DNA from: Lepidodermella squamata
Lineage: Eukaryota; Animalia; Gastrotricha
Assembly (NCBI GenBank): GCA_047495785.1
Contig: JBLDXI010000055.1
Span: 434,001-498,000, forward strand
Direction: 5' to 3'
DNA length: 64,000 bases
Part shown: piece by piece, positions 57,616 to 64,000 of the stretch
Position numbering within the stretch: position 1 is the stretch's first letter
Layout: every line of letters starts with the position of its first letter
Notes under the pieces: model-generated
What the model was told of the DNA's origin: nothing
Databases searched by the model: none
What the model saw: the letters and a program-made list of their open reading frames with translations, nothing else
Program-made: the position numbers and the translations under genes

Positions 57616-60497
57616 CTACTGGATACGCGCAAGTCGGAGCCGGTCGACGTTGCGCTCGAGCTTGGCTTGGATGCGTCCCCTAGCGCCCGGGGTGTCGATA
57701 GCGAGGCCAAGTTTGAGGAGGCGATCGTTTTCGGAAACCAGTTCGGCAATTTTCTGCTCGGCTCTCACGCCGAGCACGTGCGACGACTGGTTGGCGGCGA
57801 ACAGCTCCGTCACCGTCGACGAGTTATTGACGGCCTGAATCAGCTCGACGAGCATCATCGGCGTGATGTAGTTCGACTCGACGTTGATCGACGTCAACGC
57901 CGTTTTCTTGTTGTCTTGCAACGCGTCGATCAACTGCCGGGCGCCCGTGTCGGTCAGCCCAGTGTTCGACATGGACAGTTTGCGCAGGGTCGAGTTCTCG
58001 CGAAGCGCGCCAAATAACCGGCGCACGTCCTCCGAACCCACTCTGATGTTGTTAAAGTTAACCTCGAGAAATTTGGCGTCATTCACTTCGATTCGCTTAA
58101 TCGCGTCGTTCACGTCCGTCTCGTTCGGCGGCTCGTCAGCAACCGGTTTGTAACGTGTCGCCTTCGCAACGGAGTTGAAGCCGCCGAAATGCTGGCCGTC
58201 GTCTCGAAGCGCGTGCTCGATCTGCTCGGCGGTTAGCAAGCTGTGGAAACCTAAAACGGCGGCCAAGTCAACTAGTTCCTCCTCGTTCGCCTTCTGCAAA
58301 ATGTCGTCGAACTCGGTGATGGTAATACCCATTTCGGCGTCGACTTCGAATTTCGGAGCCGGAACTGCCTTCGGTTGCCATCTGTAGGCGGCTATTAAAA
58401 ATAAAATAACACCTCAAGTAACGAAACTAAAAATAATTTATTGGAATAATTTTTGTGATCAGTGTTGGCAAAAAAGACGATCGGATGTGGGCTTGGTACC
58501 CATAATCAGCCTAAAACAAATATTGTAAAAAAAGTCTCTTGCTTGAGAAGAGATGGCTGGACAAATTTCTGTTTTCGGAATTTCAATTAAAATCAAATTT
58601 TATTTCGGCGACAGGTTTTTTTTGTTAAACGTTTGGAGTCTTTTATTTCGAGATGGCAGTATTCCATCTTATTGCTCTTTTTTTAGATCCAATTTTCAAT
58701 TTAGGTCATTTTTCAAAAAATTCACATCCATTTTTGAAGAAAATGGACAATCGCCGATCGACCTAATTAAATTTCCAAGACTGCGTGATTTGCAATTTTC
58801 TGCGTTATTGTACATATGGAAATCTGGTATTTATTTACAACGCCATTCTTTAATCGTGTTTTTGCCTCTCAATACAACATGCATCGAACAACACGTGCGC
58901 TGCTGCAGCGACGTCACGAATTGCAAACAACAGAATTGGTACGAAGTGCGAACACATGGTAATACTAGTAGTAGTAGTAGTCGTAGTAACATCGCCACTA
59001 CGAGCGGGTAATAACCCATGATGATATTGAACATCAACAGAGCAGCTCTTCGAGAGAACTATTCAGCATCAGTAATGCCAATGCAGAAAAAGAGATAGAA
59101 GCGCTCTGCTACGTATTTACATTATCACAACACGGCGCTGCAACCGGCGCTTCATGAGCGCACCTCAGCATAACCGGTTCGCCAACCCCACGCGGTTTTT
59201 GCAGCAGCAGAAGCAGCAACCTGGAAGCTTTAGGCATCTATACGCATGCACATTGCCCAATTACACAGCGAATCGCAGTCTGAATTCCTTATACGGCGAG
59301 CTGCAGCTATCTGGCCAACCCATCTATCTATTTACGCTTTGTGTTCGACGCTCATCGTACATCGTTTCTTGCCACAATGCTATACATTGTGAGACGAAAA
59401 TAGAGAGAGGAAATATAAGCCCCGAATAGAACGGAGTGGAGCGGCCGCAAGAGACTGTATTAGCATCCAGCAACGCTTTTTGCCCAGACGAGCCCTGGGA
59501 ACATATTATACACCACCGCTAAGCATAATACCAATATTAATAAATACGTCATGTTCTCTATGGGAATAAAAAGAAGAAAAGAACATAGACATATAGCGTT
59601 AAGATGATGCCTTACAACGCACAGTGGACAGGAGAACTATTGCGCTATTGCTTTTTCGCGGCTGGCTCTTCTATACATATTATTATCATTTCGCCTTCTG
59701 GCCGCAATTCGACTGTTATAACCAGCCCGCGCATATTACATCTACCACTGGCTATCGCTCGTGTTGAACAAGGGTATAAAGTGGAGGGGCAGAGAATACT
59801 GATGATGATGATGATGGCGACCTAGACCCACAACAAACATGAGAGTATCGTAAATACACTAGCGCTCTATTAAGGTGATACACTACTCAATAAAAACTGT
59901 AATATTTGTCCGCATCTCAAGCCGAGCGTGCAATGATGACAGCACGTAGCATGAAGATGGATAAACAAAAATAACGTCTTTCCGCCACACACATCAAATA
60001 GTAACGGGCCGAGAAATAAACACGCCAACAAGAAAACAATAGTGACTTACGCTCTTTTTTGACGAATGGAACAGTGTCCCAGTCCTTCTCCTGCTTCGCC
60101 TGGTCTTCAAGGAACTCGATAAGGCGACGCCGGCTGTAAGGGCCAGTCGGCTCTTTATCCACGTGATACACGCACCGCTCGGATGGAGGTAAGAAAGAAT
60201 CCTAAAAAAATACCCGATGAAATAACAGAAAATGGCGTAAAACAAGAAACAAACATCGGGATCGATACATTGATTTAGGGATTTAAGTTCTTCGTCTGAT
60301 AAACGGTTGAGCAGTTCCTCAATATTGATATCTTCGTATTCGGCGTATTTCCGGCGAAAGGCTTTAGTCATTTCAGTAGCCGCACTTGTCCCAGTTGAAG
60401 ATGTCATCGTCTTGTGGGTGTGGGTAGTTGTCGTCGTCCTAGTAACACCATCCTCCGTCGTGGTGTGAGTGGTGACAATCTCTCTTTCTTCGCTCAT
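57616..60497 (-). CDS. TMOD: Tropomodulin, 3 coding exons
   Basis: YEDINIEELLNRLSDEEL..IDPD|DSFLPPSERC...KEPTGPYSR...KKE|PAYRWQPK...ANEEELVDLAAVLGFHSLL...DEPPNETDV, followed by LRRs. The last exon acceptor is at 58393-58392. Confidence 0.95.
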
Positions 60498-62867
60498 CTT
60501 TTGTTGGCGTGGATAACTGAAGTGGATCGATTCGGAATTTAATCCATAACAAAAATTAAAATTATCCTATATAAGCAACGATAAAAATAACATTCTCATG
60601 AAACAAGCAGCGATAAACTGTCATTTTATCACGTTAATGACCCGGATGGCTAAGCATTAGCGACACGTGCAATTTAGAATGTTGTTTGTGAGCTAAGATT
60701 AACTATATGCTAACATCTGCATGGCTAATGTCATGCGAAATCCCCATTTTGCTGACCGCGGTAGGACATAAAATGTGAAGCGGTAGGCAAATAAGCAGGT
60801 GACTAACCATTTTGCGTCAAAACCACTCAAGAGAAAAAACGTGCAGTGGAAAAAGCAACCCATGGGGACTATTAACAATCATACGAAAATTTCTCAATGC
60901 AAAATCAAGAGTATAATAGAATGCAACACTAGCTAGTAAACAATTGATATAAACTTGAGTTCAATTATACACGACCGCTAAATTAGCTTATACACGGCGA
61001 GTGCGAGCTATTAGTCAACAATTGAGACAGTGACCATAAAAATGAACTCAGTTAAAAAAACAAAGCTTAAAAGAAATTGAACTGGCAGGCATTTTGGTAG
61101 AGAAATTCCACGAAAATCTCACGCGCATAGGTATCAACCTCGAAAAGTTACACGCAATAACCAACACAACTTTTGATGGATTTCAACCATAGATGATGGA
61201 AAGTTTGATATAATCGCTTGCCGATATATAAAAAACAGCTATTTCATGAAAATGACATTTTGAGTATGACATTGTATCATGGATCAGCTAATGCCGCTGG
61301 TAGCTAAGGGCTATTTGCGGGAGTATGGTAATTTATTTTGGGTTCAATATCTACTTCCGAATGCAATACGTCGAACTTTCTCAAAGCTAGCGTTGGTTTA
61401 TATCCCAGATCGGACAATGAAAATAAATTCCATGAGCAGGCTTCAATCCTAATTTCATTAGCATGTTGGTATTCGTCGCGCAACATTAACATGACGAGTC
61501 TATCTAGACTAAACTGGAAACAACGAGCGAAGGAAAGTCGAATTTAGATGTCAAATTCAAGTCAGTCACATGGTAAAGAAGAGAACGCAATGTTAGCAGA
61601 TGGGCTTTAATGTCGTATGCCGGTATGGTTGCAAATAGTGGATGCTATTTGCGGTAGGGTTAAAACTGACAACTGACTACTACACAGCAAACTCGTATCT
61701 AGACTTGAATAGAGGTGAGGTAAAGATGCGAAAGGCCCCGCGCCTTATAGCGATTAGGAAAACTAACGACTGAAGGCAGGAATCCAATTCAACCATTCTC
61801 TTCAAGTCATCACCGGCGATCAACATAGATGTGACGTATTAGCGAGGAGGTTCGCTTTTTTTGCTTGATTGGTCTACTTTATTTGTCCGTTGAAAAGGGA
61901 TACGATTGCAGAAGACAACCTAAAGAAACCTTCTCATTCGAGCATTTATGACAATCTATAATGAGCCTAAATGCATCTAGGCTTAACACCCATTCTTAAA
62001 GCTAAGCAGTAACATAATTAAATAGTACATCAGCATTTGTACCTTCATAGCCCTTTCAAGCTTGCATATAAATGATTAGCAGGTTATTACACATCGCTGT
62101 TAAAAATATATGGGGAGAGCAGCAGCAAATTTGAGTTCACGCTGAAGAGTAGGATGGAGGAGTAAATAGGGACAAACGAGTAGCAATCATTGAAAAATGA
62201 TTCCTTCATTCTTATAGATGAACAGAAGTGAAGTCAATCGCCAATCGACAACATAACTCTGCAACGATAAAGGCTCGGAGATCGGCAGCTTTATCAATCA
62301 ATATATCATTTAATTAAAATGTCCTTGCAGCATCAGGTATTCAGGTATCCTGTCGAAAACGCTGACCGCTGACGCTTGTTACCTTTGAAGCGCTTCAGAA
62401 TTGAGCAACGAACTTCGACAGGGAATGAAACGCTTACCCCTTCGCGTATGATGGCTCTAACCCTCCATTTTTTCAAAAGAAATTAGTGCTATATTAAAAA
62501 TATTACATTTTGTTTTAAAATATTTACTTTATTTGAACACTGTAAAATTCATTTTTAAAGTTGAATAACCGTGTTGACGAAGTTCAAATTTCCAAAATGG
62601 CGTCCGATGATCCCGCGGAAACTGTTGCACAGCGTTGCGATGTCCCCGTTGCTTTTTAGTTTAGCTCAACACATCGAGCTTTGTTTCTCTTTTAATGTTG
62701 CTTTAGATTTGGCTAGATCATTTAATCACATGTCCTACATGCCCCCTCTTAATTGTTTATCCCATGACTATGTCCTTCGTCCTTCTCTAACAACAATCAA
62801 TTAAGTATATTATTTTTGACGTCGTAGGTGATCGCTTTGTTTCGCTGTTATTAATTTGATACGTGCT

Positions 62868-63065
62868 ATGGGTCGTGCCAAGAAAGTCGAGAAGAAAACG
62901 GAAGCAGCTGCTGAGGCTGCCCCAGCTGCTGCTGCCGCGGCTCCCGCTCCGAAGAGTCCTGCCAAAGCGAAAGTAACAAAGAAAAAGGCGGCAAAGAAGA
63001 GTCCGAAGAAGGCCGGAGGTGGCAAGAAGAAGGCGAGTCCCAAGAAGGCTGCGAAGAAAAAGTGA
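62868..63065 (+). CDS. 65-aa Lys/Ala-rich basic protein resembling a histone H1 tail or a protamine-like protein
   Basis: MGRAKKVEKKTEAAAEAAPAAAAAAPAPKSPAKAKVTKKKAAKKSPKKAGGGKKKASPKKAAKKK*. Three SPxK motifs; GC-rich, coding-like sequence in an AT-rich background; no winged-helix domain. Confidence 0.75.
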   Translation: MGRAKKVEKKTEAAAEAAPAAAAAAPAPKSPAKAKVTKKKAAKKSPKKAGGGKKKASPKKAAKKK

Positions 63066-64000
63066 AACTACAGCAACGTCTAACCCCAGTGTCAATCCCG
63101 GCAAACTTCGCTTGCCTCTTGTTTTTTCTTGACTACTTAGGCCTTACATTCCTTTACTTTCCGTGTCATCTCATTTGTAATAGTAATTCATGTTTTATCG
63201 ACTTGTTCGCCAACCTTGGCATGCTTTTATGACAGTTTTGGCACATCATCGCATCTGTCGATTGTTACTAGTCCTGTTGCCTTGATAAGTTGCCATTGTT
63301 GATGTTATTAAGCCGATGCTGTCGAGTAAACTAATCACTTGATACGAAGTTACTGACTTTTTCTGTTGGTGTATTTAGCGTCGTCTTATAATATGCATAT
63401 AACCATGGTTTGAAATCCTGCCGCCCGACCTGCAGATGTCTGAGGAACGAAACAATTCGTTGCGGAAGTTTGCGCTATGGCGAAACTGTGTCACTCCTAA
63501 AAGGTAATAAATCCTGAACGTAATGGATCTTGTTAATGATGGCTTGAATTCCGTCGAAAATAAAGTTCGCGTAATAGAGGTTCACCTCAGACTCCGCTGA
63601 CTGGCGAAAATGCTGTGACCAACCCTTTTGCCAATCCGCATGAAAATTTGCATCAGCCTTTCTGCAGTCCTGAAACGTTCTATTCAGCTATATTTTCTTA
63701 TGAAGCGACGCATGACAGTCTGCAAGGAATATCAGAAGAGACGCCTTCAGGTTTGAACGAGAAACTTTGATCTGTTTGCTCTGAATTGATATTTAGACGT
63801 GGAGGCGAGTCCTAAGCAGCGCCGGTCCAACGTGCCACCGACCGCCAGTGGCATGATGTGGTCGCCGGAGCAACAAGCGTTACTATTCCCTGTCAACATT
63901 GATGATCGCGACGTAGCGCGTCAAGCAAGAGCAGAAGCTCGAGCTATTCTCATGTGCTCCTGTCAGTCATCCAATAAAATGCAGTTTTGTCACATACATG

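Noticed and set aside
59548-59557. 10-nt micro-exon as a requirement for full-length tropomodulin
   Set aside because: The acceptor at 58393-58392 already joins the phase-1 donor in frame (KKE|PAYRW). The micro-exon is kept only as an alternative hypothesis.
63400-64000. Coding-like stretch at the window end
   Set aside because: Interrupted by stops, no recognisable family, and truncated by the window edge.
1-64000. CRISPR arrays, rRNA, tRNA, snRNA/SL RNA and prokaryotic defence systems
   Set aside because: The DNA is intron-containing animal sequence. No repeat-spacer array or recognisable structural RNA was seen by eye; Infernal or tRNAscan would be needed to exclude small RNAs.

Overview
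Eukaryotic (invertebrate animal) genomic DNA from a compact genome. Most introns are canonical GT-AG and about 50-60 nt, and CpG is abundant. The species cannot be identified from sequence alone. Left to right: a decayed RTE-type LINE fragment fused to broken copies of a ZP gene; a two-exon gene for a small secreted 8-Cys peptide that the ORF track misses; a mirror-symmetric block GPCR-C(+) / ZP(-) / ZP(+) / GPCR-C(-); two tandem DEG/ENaC genes; an SK (KCNN) channel with two candidate first exons; a ~1011-aa disordered protein with a cluster of LC8-type QT motifs; a tightly packed minus-strand run DUOX > PNPLA8 > QRSL1 > FIG4, whose two large FIG4 introns hold transposon and cyclin debris; SAR1; pyridoxal kinase; a full-length and an N-terminally truncated tropomodulin; and a 65-aa Lys/Ala-rich SPKK protein lacking a histone H1 globular domain. 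The best candidates for something new are the peptide with palindromic cysteine spacing, the symmetric GPCR/ZP cluster next to the DEG/ENaC pair, and the operon-like gene run with apparently unpaired splice acceptors. All gene models were spliced by eye and family calls rest on remembered motifs, with no database search.
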